Source: Haplodiscus bocki (taxonomy: Eukaryota). From it: a stretch of DNA of 64,000 bases. The first letter of the stretch is position 1; every line of letters starts with the position of its first letter. The stretch lies in NCBI GenBank assembly GCA_965655095.1, contig OZ296648.1, forward strand, positions 131,688,001 through 131,752,000. Reading direction: 5' to 3'. The translations under genes were made by a program, and so were the position numbers. Positions 35,481 through 47,699 of the stretch are shown here, piece by piece. The notes beneath the pieces were generated by a model. It saw only the letters and a program-made list of their open reading frames with translations, searched no databases and was not told the DNA's origin.

Positions 35481-37181
35481 TACCGCAAACTAAACCAAAA
35501 GTCTACCTAACTCCGAAAAAAAGGACCTTCAGACACAAATGATTTCGTAATACACCCTGACAAAATCTAACGAATTGACAGGTGGCGGATTCGAATCCAA
35601 TAAAAGCTATGGTTTCTTACGTTTTAGACCAAAAAGTACACCAGAATACAATTTTTTCCAGCATCAAAATCAACTCCGTCCCACAAGTATTTAGGAGCGA
35701 TACGGCCGGTGCCGATTTAAGCCGTTCCCAGCGTGTATTTGTATTGCTCTGTGCTGGAACAATTGCTAAAAAGACGACTTGAAAAGCAAAAGAACAAAAA
35801 ATCCACGAAAATCGCAAACTTTTTTGTCCAACTCTAAAGAACCAAAAGTACCATTTTAGACAATTCCTCAAAAATGTTGACAATTTGTGTAGATATAGGC
35901 AATATGCATTAGCACAAATGTCAATTGACAGACAGAACAGCAAAAAAAATCGAAATATTGCCAAATTAGACAATTTCGTGGACTGAAAAACAACAAAAAT
36001 GACGTTTTTCTGGTTTAAAAAAAACTCAGTTTTCCACTAAAACATACTGCCTACTTTCTTTTGTTTCAGTTTTAAATGTATTTGTAGCTGAAAAATGGCA
36101 TTTTAGACAGAAGGGCACAAAAACCTCAAAAGTCGGGAAATTAGCTACTTACCTACTTTATAGCAACCAAAGAAACCTCTATATTGAAAATTTTTGCACT
36201 GTTCTGCTGTACAATGCTAAAAGGTGTATTCGAATCGTATTGGTTGGGATTAGCAGCTAGAGAGCTGCAATAACGAACAAAAGTGCAAAATTTTAGTCAC
36301 AAACAACAATAGTATCTATTTTTGGCCTTCCAAAAAGCAAGAACGCCACTTTTCAAGCACCTAAAGTGCCACTTCGCACAAAGTTTTGAAAACACTTTGA
36401 AAATTTATCAACTTGTATTGAAATAAGCTGGATTCTCGATAACAAAGTGCGTTTGAGGGGCAGAAAACTTTTGGAAAAATCACAAAATTAACTCGTTCAC
36501 ACTAAAAAAACTAAAAATCCTCTAAAAGTTAGTAATTTGAGAAAAGGAGTTGCATTTTACTGTGTTTGTGTTTCTGTGTCTTCCTAGTTTAGTAGTGTGA
36601 CATTCGATATGGAAAATCGGGAAAAATGGTCATATTTCCTTGTTTTACCTTCAAAACTGAAAATGCCATTTTTTCAAAATTTTCATGCTTTCGAAAAATT
36701 CGTCACAATTTAACATAGGATAGATTTATTACGAATGCAAGGCTAAAAATATAATTTCCACGGCAGAAAGCGAATTTCCAATTTTTCTGGCTACATTTGC
36801 ACACTAAAACACGGAAAAAATTGTACACTAACGTTTATACATGAACGTTTGTACAAAAACGCGAAGGGAAAACAGCGATAATTCGGGCAAAGATAGAAAA
36901 ATTGGTAAAATGATCAGCGTAGCTTACCTCCAGCGGCAGTACGTGGTACGTAACGGCAAGCTGATGGTAACTACCGTGTGACGTACCTCCAAGCAGACCT
37001 ATTGTTTTCAAAATACCAAAAAATTGTTTCAAAATTGATTTTTAACAATTGCAATAGATGAAAAATTTAATTATCCTAAATTGAGAAAAGAAATATGCAA
37101 TATTGCTCCTAGTATGGAAACGGTATCTTTGAAAAATATGAAAAATTGAACTTTGAAAGTGTTGAAAAATAAGCATCAATT

Positions 37182-37580
37182 TTAATTTTGACCACCCGAA
37201 TAATGTTCATCATAAAGCTGCTTGGCTGAAAGTGGTTCACTAGTTTCTTTCAAACTATCATTGTCAACAGAAAGACTCATGTATGGTCTCAAATTGAAAT
37301 TGTTTAGATCAGGAATCACAAGTTTTGGGCTCATTTCGGGTACGTGAACAAACTTCACATTTCCTTTTTCCGTTTGGACACGGTATCCTAGAGCTGGCTC
37401 TCCGTAGTCTATGACATGTGATATACGCTTGTCAGTACTGTGAGTCCAAGGAATGGCAGGATCCCTGAAATCGAATTCGTACTTCCACTTGGTACCCCTG
37501 GGATCTTTTTTCAAGTACTTCAGATACCGCGTTCGGGTTAAATATCCAGCACTTAAAGGCATTTTTCTCTGAAATCTCAT
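37182..37580 (-). CDS. MRPL41: Mitochondrial ribosomal protein mL41 (MRP-L27 family)
   Basis: C-terminal half KFVHVPEMSPKLVIPDLNNFNLRPYMS ... EPLSAKQLYDEHY matches the mL41 motif (F..V.EM.P..VVPDL..F.L.PYVS); basic N-terminus; 132 aa. Confidence 0.75.
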   Translation of the reverse strand: MRFQRKMPLSAGYLTRTRYLKYLKKDPRGTKWKYEFDFRDPAIPWTHSTDKRISHVIDYGEPALGYRVQTEKGNVKFVHVPEMSPKLVIPDLNNFNLRPYMSLSVDNDSLKETSEPLSAKQLYDEHYSGGQN

Positions 37581-37920
37581 TTGATTAAAATCAAGAACTC
37601 ATTTTGCAACAACGTGGCAAAATAAAAAACCTCTATATTGAAATCTTTTTACTATTCTGCTGTAAAACAAAAAGTACAAACTGATCAAGTGAATTTTTTT
37701 CAAAAAATAAATAAATCAAAAAGCTTCGGCATATAAATTTTATCTTTTAGCATTGATGACCTTCTTGACCCCGCCGTTGACAAGTATTGTCAGCGCAAGA
37801 ATATAGCACGTTTTCAGAGCAAGCTTATATGGGAAACCGAACGACTTGTTTTGAATTTCTCGGGACTCGTCACTGACGATAAAAGATAACCGATTATCAC
37901 AAGTCCCGGAACAAACCAAT

Positions 37921-38943
37921 TCATGTATCAACGAAACATCTCTCAATAGCTACTGTTCGTAATTCATTCAACGGTAAAAGTTGTGGCTTCATGCGAAGCA
38001 ACATTTTCAAATTTCTGACGCCAAGTGGAACATTGCTGTACTTTGAATTCATCTCTGCGCTCAGTTGCCGTTCGCAGTTTCTCAACTCTTGTGACGGTTG
38101 AAGCTGGCTCCGAAAACTAATGTTGTCCACTGCCGAGTTAACATTCAAAAGATGATTTGGTTTCGTTTCATCGTAATTCAAATTCAAAAGATTAACTATG
38201 ATTTGTCTAATAATATCAACAGTAGCTCTGCATATCAGATGCATTGATTCCTCAGAAGCGGTAGCTAGTCCATTTTGGTAAAGGCCTAAATTGACTCTGC
38301 CAATGATGTTTTCAAAATGCAGCAGATTTCCTGTTTCTGAACAATATTTGGGTTTAAGGGTATCATTGTCAAGCACCGGCATCTGTGGTATACGAGCTTC
38401 AACATTATCTCTCCATGAATTGCTCTTGAGTAGAAAGTTTGGTCTTCCAAAAGGAAGAAAATGTTCGGCTGAGGAAATTTCGAATTTTGGAAACTTCGCA
38501 GGATTTTCAGGAGGGCGTGAAGACCCAAGTACCATGTTGGGGTCAACGCAAAGCTTTGAATGATTATCGTCAAAATTGTCTGTTTGAATATCATCATCTA
38601 CAGTAGGTGATGGCCTTTCTTTAATGCCAGTGAAACTATTGGTACAATTTGAGCCAGTTAATAGCGAATTGCTGCATATGATTTCCTCTTTTTGATTCAA
38701 ATGCAAGTTTTCTTCAAATTTATTCGACATACTCAGGCAGTGTGAAAATATTTGCAACATGAAGTGGTTATGCAGAGCAGAGTTTTCGCTTGAAAAGAGG
38801 TGCGTTAAATTTTCATCAATTTGAGCTCTTGTAATTCTTCCTGAAAACCATTCACTCATTAGCGCAAGATATTCAGCTTCGTTATCTCCCAATTGTTGAG
38901 AAAGTTGATGACGCATTTGCGTCAGCACTTCTAAGTTTTCCAT
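37921..38943 (-). CDS. TADA1: SAGA subunit transcriptional adapter 1 (Tada1/Ada1), intronless CDS
   Basis: N-terminus L...LGDN..EY...MSEWF..RITRAQID......LFSSEN..LHNHF.L.I matches the SAGA-Tad1 domain; C-terminal histone-fold-like segment; TTTTCAG acceptor 7 nt before the ATG. Confidence 0.85.
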   Translation of the reverse strand: MENLEVLTQMRHQLSQQLGDNEAEYLALMSEWFSGRITRAQIDENLTHLFSSENSALHNHFMLQIFSHCLSMSNKFEENLHLNQKEEIICSNSLLTGSNCTNSFTGIKERPSPTVDDDIQTDNFDDNHSKLCVDPNMVLGSSRPPENPAKFPKFEISSAEHFLPFGRPNFLLKSNSWRDNVEARIPQMPVLDNDTLKPKYCSETGNLLHFENIIGRVNLGLYQNGLATASEESMHLICRATVDIIRQIIVNLLNLNYDETKPNHLLNVNSAVDNISFRSQLQPSQELRNCERQLSAEMNSKYSNVPLGVRNLKMLLRMKPQLLPLNELRTVAIERCFVDT

Positions 38944-39494
38944 TTTTTTTCTGAAAATCAGCTGAAGATGAAATAAGTAAAATAAGTTTAAAAAAGTAAA
39001 AGCAATGTGGAGAAAATGTTCTTGTACAATGCATCATCATCAAAAACAAACAGACAAAGCAGAACTTCGCAGCACATTGACTTGTCAGTTGAGATTACGG
39101 ATCCGAAAAGACATTTGGAACCATAATCGGAGATGTCAATGGCCTTTTTAGAAATACTAATGCAGTTGTCAAACAAAAGTTTGATCGAAAATTCAAATTG
39201 AGGCAAGTAGCTATCACAGGGTGTCATACTCTTAAAACTGGTATATCAATCATGACTTTTCAGGTTCTGCATATTGCTGCCCAATGACTGAGAAAGTTAC
39301 ACAGTAAAAAACTCGAAAATGAACAAGTACCTTACACTCTCATTCGAATAATTGGTGTGAATCATTTCTTTTCGGGTTACACTATTTTGCTGCCGGATGT
39401 CTAAGAAGTTTTCACTGTAAACAACGCAAATTGAATAAGTACCTGCCAAAAGAGGCCGTTTTTGACCGCTTACACTAGATGACTAGACGCTCTG

Positions 39495-39504
39495 ATGACG
39501 TCAT
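39495..39504. promoter_or_regulatory. Perfect CRE/ATF palindrome, candidate promoter element for the TADA1 cluster
   Basis: ATGACGTCAT ~550 bp upstream of TADA1, just upstream of a minus-strand donor-like CAG|GTACTT (~39442). Confidence 0.35.
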
Positions 39505-39699
39505 AAAATGCAAGTTTTGAAATGGACAAGAAACCTCAGCACAAGCTAATCTCCAATATATTCTTCCTTTAGGCACGAATGTGTAACACATACAAAAGTA
39601 ACCCATTAATTGAAAGTCTCAATTAGAAGCAAAATTGTCGACTTTCAGGACAGATACTGTCACCTGAAAAGTCCATCCGAGTCCATTCACGTAGTCAAA

Positions 39700-42600
39700 A
39701 AAATGTGAAGTCATTCTGAAAGTGTCACCACGGAAACGACTAGTTGCAGCACTGCCAGTCAGTAGTAATACAGATTCGATCATTTCTGGAATGGAGAACA
39801 TTTTTACCTCCGTCGATGCCGTCATATTCCTCATGTTGTTGACAACTCAGCACTTCAAAGAACTGTTGATTCCCGAAGGACCGAAAAAGGACTTGATAAT
39901 GGTTCTCAGAAATGCAACAGTCTCTACTATCAACAGTGGGAACGAAAGTCCACTTACAACGGATCGATCACTGGGGCAAAATGCTGTTGATCATGGACTC
40001 TGTCAACTCACCCAAGGATCTCAAAAAAGAGCGGACTGGATACAATGTAAAGTGTTTGATTTCGCTTCATTCCCAATGCCTCAAAATACCAAAGGAGGTA
40101 TTCGTTTTATCTTCGTCTGAGATCATTTCTTACTTTTGATTCCTTTATTAGCAATGAATCAGTTTTGTGACAATATGAACGAACCGTCAATGGACGTACT
40201 CAAAACCGAAAGAACAAAAAATGTTTAAAAGGACTTCGAAAAAAAACGACCGAACAACATGCTCAATGAAAGCAACATATCGGAAAAACAAGCTTCCACA
40301 GTGCCGGTGAAGTCTGAATTTGCAGACAAAACTCATCATTACAAAGTCAGAAGACCTGGACTAGCTGAACTGGACTCGAAGTTTTTCATCAATCGACAAA
40401 TCCAAGACGAAAAAAATGAAGTTGTTCAAGATTTGATAAGCAGTGTGAATGTCATGAAACAGAGCGCCTTGGTAAGTTTGACAAACGATTTTGACGGGAA
40501 AAGAACGAGAAACATGTTTGCAACGCTTGCGTGTGTCTAGGACGCCCGTAGAGACATCGCAAAAGCTATTGAGAAGTTTTTCCCAACGAAAAACATTCTA
40601 TTGAGAAGTTCTTTCTAACCAAAAACATCCTGATTAGGTTGAGTTGTCCCGCAAGGATTTTCTTTCGGGAAGGCAACTGCTTGCAAAGCGCAACGAACTA
40701 ATCAGAAGTGGGATACATCGCAGCTGTCGTAAAACGAAAAAGCTGAGCTACCAGGATGGTGATCTTGTACAATGAAAAGACTGAAGCACTATGAAAATTT
40801 TTCAATACGAAAATCTCTATCATATCTATCTTTTGAACTGTCGTAGTAAATTATTTCCGGAGAAAAATTTACACCTTTCTTCTATCCTTCAATCGAGACG
40901 ACCAGATGTTTTCTGTTTAACTGAAACTTGGTGGGATGAAAGTTTTCCACATAATATTTCCCTTGCAGCGGCCTACTCAATCATAGCTACAGCTGAGTGT
41001 CGCAGCAATCAGTGTCGAGGAGTGGCTATTTAGTTCAAACTAATTATTTGAGCTAATACAACAGAAGGATTCGAGATTTCAATTCGCTTCGAAATGTCAC
41101 TTGAACACTATGGTGGTAATGTATTGTAAAACTTTACGATAAACAGTGAGGAACGTGTTTCGGACGACTTTTTTAGCTGTTTATCCTTTTTCTGGGCCGT
41201 ACTTGGGGAACTCTAAAACCAAAGGTGCTTTTTATGGAAATCTCAGTCTACCAGATGAGTTTTGCCCTCAATTTGCTGCCATTGGTGATAACAAAATTTC
41301 AGAAACTTAGAGCTTTCTTACTACCAACAACTTCATCCAACTAGTTACAGAACCAACTCAAGAAGACGGGAACGTTTTGGACCAGATTTTTATCAATTAT
41401 GATGTCCTTCAAATTCTATGGAAAAAAGCATCTATAATTGTCAGACCATTTTGGTATAAAATTGGGCATCCCCAGAAACTTCTCAACTTTGTCTTTTGAT
41501 TTTGATTTCAGAACTTACAGTCTTAAAGCTTCCGACAAACAATCAATCGACATCAGAAACCCTACATCCTTTCTCTGGTTTGATCCGATACAGGTTTCTG
41601 ACAACCTCCTTGGTGATTGGCTGAAAAAGTTCAAAACCATTTAGAACTTGACCTTGAATCGAAAACAGAAACCGAAACCGTTGCTCCCGAGCTACCCCAG
41701 TTCTCACAGTATCCATCTCTGTACTCGTTTCTGAACAGGATGAAACGTTGCAATAGCTTCAAATTGAAAATTGTCTGATTTACAATACCTTACGCAAGAA
41801 ATTGGAAATTTCTAGCGACCTTGGCACACTTTTTTATATTGACAACTTCAGCATGACAAAATGTGATGTGAACGATTGCTAAAAAACGCTAAGCAACCTA
41901 AAGACAGATGCTGTCCCTGAAAAAATGATTGACCCCAAAAACCAAACCGTAACTGATTGCCAAGATTTTGCAAATGCCCTCAATAGGTTTTTTGCTTTTT
42001 GTTTGAGTGTTCAACCCGTTATACAACTTTTTCAATAATTTCGCAGAAAACGAAATGAACAGAATTGATATCTTGATTGAAAAACCAAAAAGTGCTCTGG
42101 ATGCATCAAAGGATTGATTTGACCCTGACATCATACCTGCTCATTGTTTTACTAAAATGTTCTGACAGTCGTTCAATCCACTTCAACAACTTAGTGTTTT
42201 TCACAACGGTATCTGGCAATTATGCGTCTTCATGGAAGCAAAATATCCGTACTCCAATACCCAACGATGGTCAGAAAGCTGAAATTACAAAACTTTACCC
42301 CATTGCATCTCTCTTTAATTTATCACTAGAATTCGAAAATATCAGATGAGCTACTGTTTCAAGGCATCTGCAGAACCAATTATCTTCCCCTCAATTTATA
42401 TTTCGAAAGTCTAGATCATGTACTATTCAACTAGTTTCAATTTTTTCAGGAAAATTTTGGATAGATTGAAGCTAATGAAAAAGCATATGCTATGTGTTTG
42501 GATCTCTTCAAAGCCTTCGATCGAGTAGACCACTTTATTTTCTTGCAAAAATTGCGACAATTCGGATTGGGTGGGTCCCTACTAACAATGATTGCTTCTC

Positions 42601-43630
42601 ACCTTGGAAACAGAGTGCAACATGTCACAATCGGAAACAGTCTATCTGAAGAGTTATTGATCACCACTGGAGTCCCACAAGGCTCAATGCTCAAACCATT
42701 GTGCGTTCTTATATTAGTTAACAACCTCCCGGAGTTCTCTACTTGTCAGCTTTATCGTTTTACTGATGACCTAACCCCAAAACGATTTGTTGTCACTACT
42801 TATGTGCAGCAATGAGAACAAACTTTCATGCAATATTGAAAAAGCAATAACACTTCAGCAAAAAGAGCTAAAATTGTGACCGTCCAGTCTTTTTTTATAG
42901 CGAATGACAAAAACATTATTAATGGGAGCAAACGGTATATAACTGTTTTGGTCTTCCCAAACCAGACATTGACCGGTCATTTGAACAAAAATATTTGAAA
43001 TTGACGATACTGGCCAAAAAAATTAATCCCACATACTTAATGAAAAGTTTATGGCGTGTACAGTTTACCGCTGCCTTATTATGCTTCAGGTGTCTGGAAA
43101 CGAAACAGAGGTGTGTTGAGAGAGCTATAAAGACTAGAAAAATGATTTTCAAACAGGCAGTCCCATCATTAATTTCTGAAAAAAAACCAGCTGTTACCAG
43201 TTTCCCTGACACTACAAGTCCAGGACTTACTACTGTTCAACAATTTGATTTTCGGACTCTAGGATTTTTCTTATCTTGAGCTAAGTGTCTCCGACTCAGC
43301 ATAACCAAAACCAAGAACTGAGAAGCAACTAATCATATACTTTCACAGCAAATCCCACACAACTGAAATGCATAAATGAATGTTTTTCTTTCGTCTGAGT
43401 AAAATCGCAAACTTTTTGGACCAAAAATATAGTCTGAAGCTTCTAAACCATCCCAAGACACTCAGAAAGGAATTCAGAAAGAAAGTCTGGGAATGTTACT
43501 AACTACCCTTTGACGATAGTGGCTGCAGAATGTTCTTGAAAGGTGCCTGTTGTCACAAGAACTCTGTAACTTTTTATTTTAAGTAATTTTATTTTATTGT
43601 AAGCCAACAAAACAAAAAGAACAAAAATTC
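39700..43630 (+). pseudogene. Decayed non-LTR retrotransposon (CR1/L2/Jockey-like), near full length
   Basis: APE remnants LLNCRSK and PDVFCLTETWW (40791-41033), LSDHFGI (41438); RT remnants LDLFKAFDRVDH and GVPQGSML (42492-42815); many stops and frameshifts; A-rich 3' end. Confidence 0.85.
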
Positions 43631-44399
43631 CAACAGATGCAATCAGTACATGAGGCGGAATAGGTTTCCGAAAGATTCCACACGTAGTTGGGGAACCGAA
43701 CGATGATCCTTACGAACATTTCATTGAAATAGAAAGATGATGTAATGTGCACTTAATTAGGAATGACCATAGTCTGCCAGCGTCTCGCCCTTTTGATGGT
43801 GGTAAACATCCTACAATTGATCAGCTTGTCATTGTGGATAGAAAGCAGGAGTTGAAAAAAAAAACAACAAAAAGATCCGACATCAGGTTCCTAAGTGAAA
43901 TGTTTCCGACCTCCACTGCGATCGCTCAAACTAACTTTTCAATGCAAAGAGGAAAACACTCAGGTACTTGCAGCCAGTGAAAGCAACAAATGTTAGTTTT
44001 GAGATCAGTTATGGGAACTCGGAGTGCAATCTTCTGTATGAAGTCCAAGAAGTATTCCGTCTTCTGATGCAGTGAATTTTCTGGGGAAAACAATCATTTG
44101 AGTAACAGGCCTTCGTCTTCCTGAAGTTTTTTATCTGATGTCGCTGAATTACACCAAGGATTCGCTGAATTACACCACATCACATTTTAACAGAAAATCT
44201 TTGCCCAAGCACGATGACAAATTCCAGCAGGACATCATTGAAGATTACAAAAAACACATCATCTGTCTGGCCGGAACTTGGCTGGTAATCGAGTGAGAAA
44301 GAAGTGGAAAAAGCCGTTTTAGAGAAAAAACTACTCTTTTTACTCCAAAACGGATCTTTCTAGCGCAATAAAATCCATAACTTACTGAAATTTTAGATT

Positions 44400-46700
44400 A
44401 CAGAGTCGAACTTTGTCAAAAAAAACTATGTTCTGAATGCACCACTCTTACTGAAAACTTGCAGGGTAATTGCAGGTATAACTTGCATTAAACTTCTACA
44501 GCAGACTTGATTCTCGAATTAGACAGGTTTCAAATATTCTTTCTAATTTCATGGATGAATCTGTTTTTCAAGAGACGCGAAGAGTAAATTAGGGAGAATA
44601 ACAATCAGTTGTCCTTTCACGTTTTGAATCGACCTTGATTAAAAACAATTATCACTAAAGAGACCACCATCGGTGAGGTAGAAAAAAGAGGTTGATAGAC
44701 CATGTGGTGGGCAGTCACTTTTTATAATCATGTTTGGATGATATTGCCTTCACGTTGACACACTTTTTTGTCACTACCGATCCGAACCGATACGGTGTTC
44801 GCAATATCGCAGACGTCTCACAAAAAAAGTTGCTTACCTTTTTTGAAGATAGACCGAGAAAAAAAATAGTGGAAATACAACAAGATCTGAATATTGTCAG
44901 GGATCAGTCTGAAACTACTTTTGTGTCTGCCACCAACATGACTTCAAAATCAAATTTGTAAAAAGCAACAAAAAACAACCATGGTTTAACCGGCAGCTGA
45001 GAAAAGCTCTCGGGAGGAGGAACAGTTTCTCTAGCAGTCAAAGACGGACGGCAACAATTGCCTCAGAAACAAAGGTATCAGAAAAACTTGAAAACCCTTT
45101 TTTTTCGAAAAACGGCAGCACTAGAAAAAGATAACCACTAAAACTTCTATTACTATAGTCATTGACACTGAAATCATTAACATGACAGCAAACAAAAAAG
45201 TTGGAATGCTACTTCAATTGAAAAAAGAGGGTGGTCAAACTTTCAAGCCATTGAAAAAAGTGAAAGTTTTGGTAACTTAATTGCTCAAGTTGGTTGGACT
45301 GATTATGATTCCTGTAAAGAAAAACTTAGCTTCAAATTCCACTCATTAAGACATCGATGTACTTTTCACATCGAAACAAAAGAAGTTGTCATGTTAATGT
45401 GTGCTTTAGAGTTAGACAAGGTCACACGATTTGATGGCATTTCGGTTAAAGTTGTTAAAGGAAAGATACCCATTTATAGTTGCAATTTTCCGACAGAACT
45501 CATTGATTCAATTGAGATTGGACACTTTCGAGTTTGTTCGCAAAAACCTCAGCTCTCGCTTTTGTTCAAACGTGTTTTATGTCGTTTTTTCAAGGAAACC
45601 ATAAGTTGGTCTCCATTTAAACAATTTTGATTAACTGTTTCAAAAAACAATGTAAAACAGGTTGGCTGTACAGTTAAAAAAAATGGCGTCTGAAAGAAAG
45701 GCAATTTAATTTTAGAGGCAAGTCTAGCAATTTTTTAGCAACAACAACCTGTGGAGGAGTTACGTTCAACCAATAAAAAGAATTAGGCTCCAGATTTTCT
45801 TAACTTTAGCAAAGCGTTCCACACAAAAGTCACAAAAAAAGATAGATAAGTTGGTGACATGTGGTACTTGAGCGGTTTCGATGATTTTCTCAAGCCCTGA
45901 ACAGTCAGTGTAGTATATGGGAACGAATGCACACTATCTTGACGTTGACTGTGGTGCGCTTCAAAGGTTGAACCTTTCGCCTCTGTCGTGTTTAAAAGAA
46001 ACAAACGGTCTTTTCCACAACTGTGAAAGTTTCGATGTTTACGTGTACGTTAATGATCCAAAGTTGTTACATTGTAAAAAAACTTCAATTAAAGATACGT
46101 GTTTTTAGTCTTTAGAAATATCAAAAATTTGCATGGCGAGAGTTTTTCATCTTAATGAATCTGTTACTCGAAGTATGAAAATCTCACGAGTTTGATGAAC
46201 CGGAGGGAGAAGCTTTACTACTTGAAAACTTTTGATAGACACAGATGTATATAGTTACCTAGGCTGATAATAAGATTGAAAATCTGTCTTTTTTCCATAT
46301 GAGCATGCTAGGAAAAATTAATCTTAACATGTTCTCACATGTACTATAATAGGGAAACTCAAGAGTAGACAGAACTTTCTGTTCTTCTATACTCTTTCCA
46401 TGGAATCCAGAACTCGTTTTGTTTTGGTGTCTTACTCCTCCAGAAAGTCACAAAATGAAAGTGCTCAGACTCATTGATTCGTAGGAGAACGAAAAAAATG
46501 TACCTGCACTTTCTTGAAACTTTTAGGTGGAGAGTTTTTCATCTGTACTTTTCCGAACTGACCATACTCGTAGTTATAAAAATGCCATCAGAAAGTCTGA
46601 AAACTCAATATCAACGTGATACACGACAAGGCCAATTATTAGGAAACGTACCTCGGGAATCTTCATCAAACCAAAGGTGACAGAAGTTACAGCTAAGAGT
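44400..46700 (+). pseudogene. Highly decayed LINE RT fragment
   Basis: LELDKVTRFDGISVKVVK (K..G.DGI motif) at 45391, FLNFSKAF at ~45795, GALQG (GVPQG-like) at ~45952; boundaries approximate. Confidence 0.6.
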
Positions 46701-47699
46701 TTTTTTAATTAGGCTGGGAAACGCTCTGGTTGATTACTTGATCAGCAAGAGGTTCCGTTATCCTGAAGAAGGTAAAAATTGAACAGGAGTTAAGGATTTT
46801 TTAAACAAAATCAGCGAGGTACTGAAAGAGGTAGGCAAAAACTTATCAACAGACTGGTTAACTGATAGTTTTGAAATCTTAACTTCTATCCTCTCCCATG
46901 TTTGTATACGTGCTCTTTTGTTCTTCCAAACCCATTCGGTGCATGCCTAGGGGAACGTCCTTCTTTGGTGCTAAGCATACTTGTTGCCTAGAAAAACTGC
47001 ATACTGGGCTGAATTTAATTCAAGTACTAACCCAACGTTTCTCAGAGCGTCAAAAATAGACCAGGAGACCATTGGTTGATCTAAAACTATGGACATTTTG
47101 AACTGTCCACAAAAATTAGACGCTTTTAAAATTGAACGTGATGGGAATTCACCTCTGTTATAATAGTTGGCCAAATGTAATCGTTCTCATAATGACTTCC
47201 AAAACTGCATTCGGTCCATCTTTGCAACAAATGTATCGGTGATCGAGGAACTTCGGTAGTCTCTTCGCCTAAAAATATTTGTGCTGGAAAACGTTCTGGC
47301 CAAAACAATTTGTTGATCTTACAGCAAACGAAAACTTTATGAGGAAAGAAAACTCATGTCAAGGCTATAAGAAAAATAAACAAGATTGGAAAACTCACCG
47401 AAAAGAAACCTAGAACAACGAGACCTAAAACATTAAAAAGCAGAATAAAACCCTTAATTTGGTAAAGGGACTTAAAAAACCATCGCCCAAAAGAATCGAC
47501 AAAAGATCAGACAGACAGACGATTTTCAGGAAACAATGTTATCAAAAAGAAGTGTTATATAGTTGTTAGGTCGGGAGTAAAAAATCGGATTTCAAAATAC
47601 ATATCGTAAAAGGGTGAACTCGTATTGTAATCTTTATTAAAACGGTAAAAACCAAGTAAAACGGTCAACTAAGAAGCAAAATTGTTCTCAATAAGTAAC

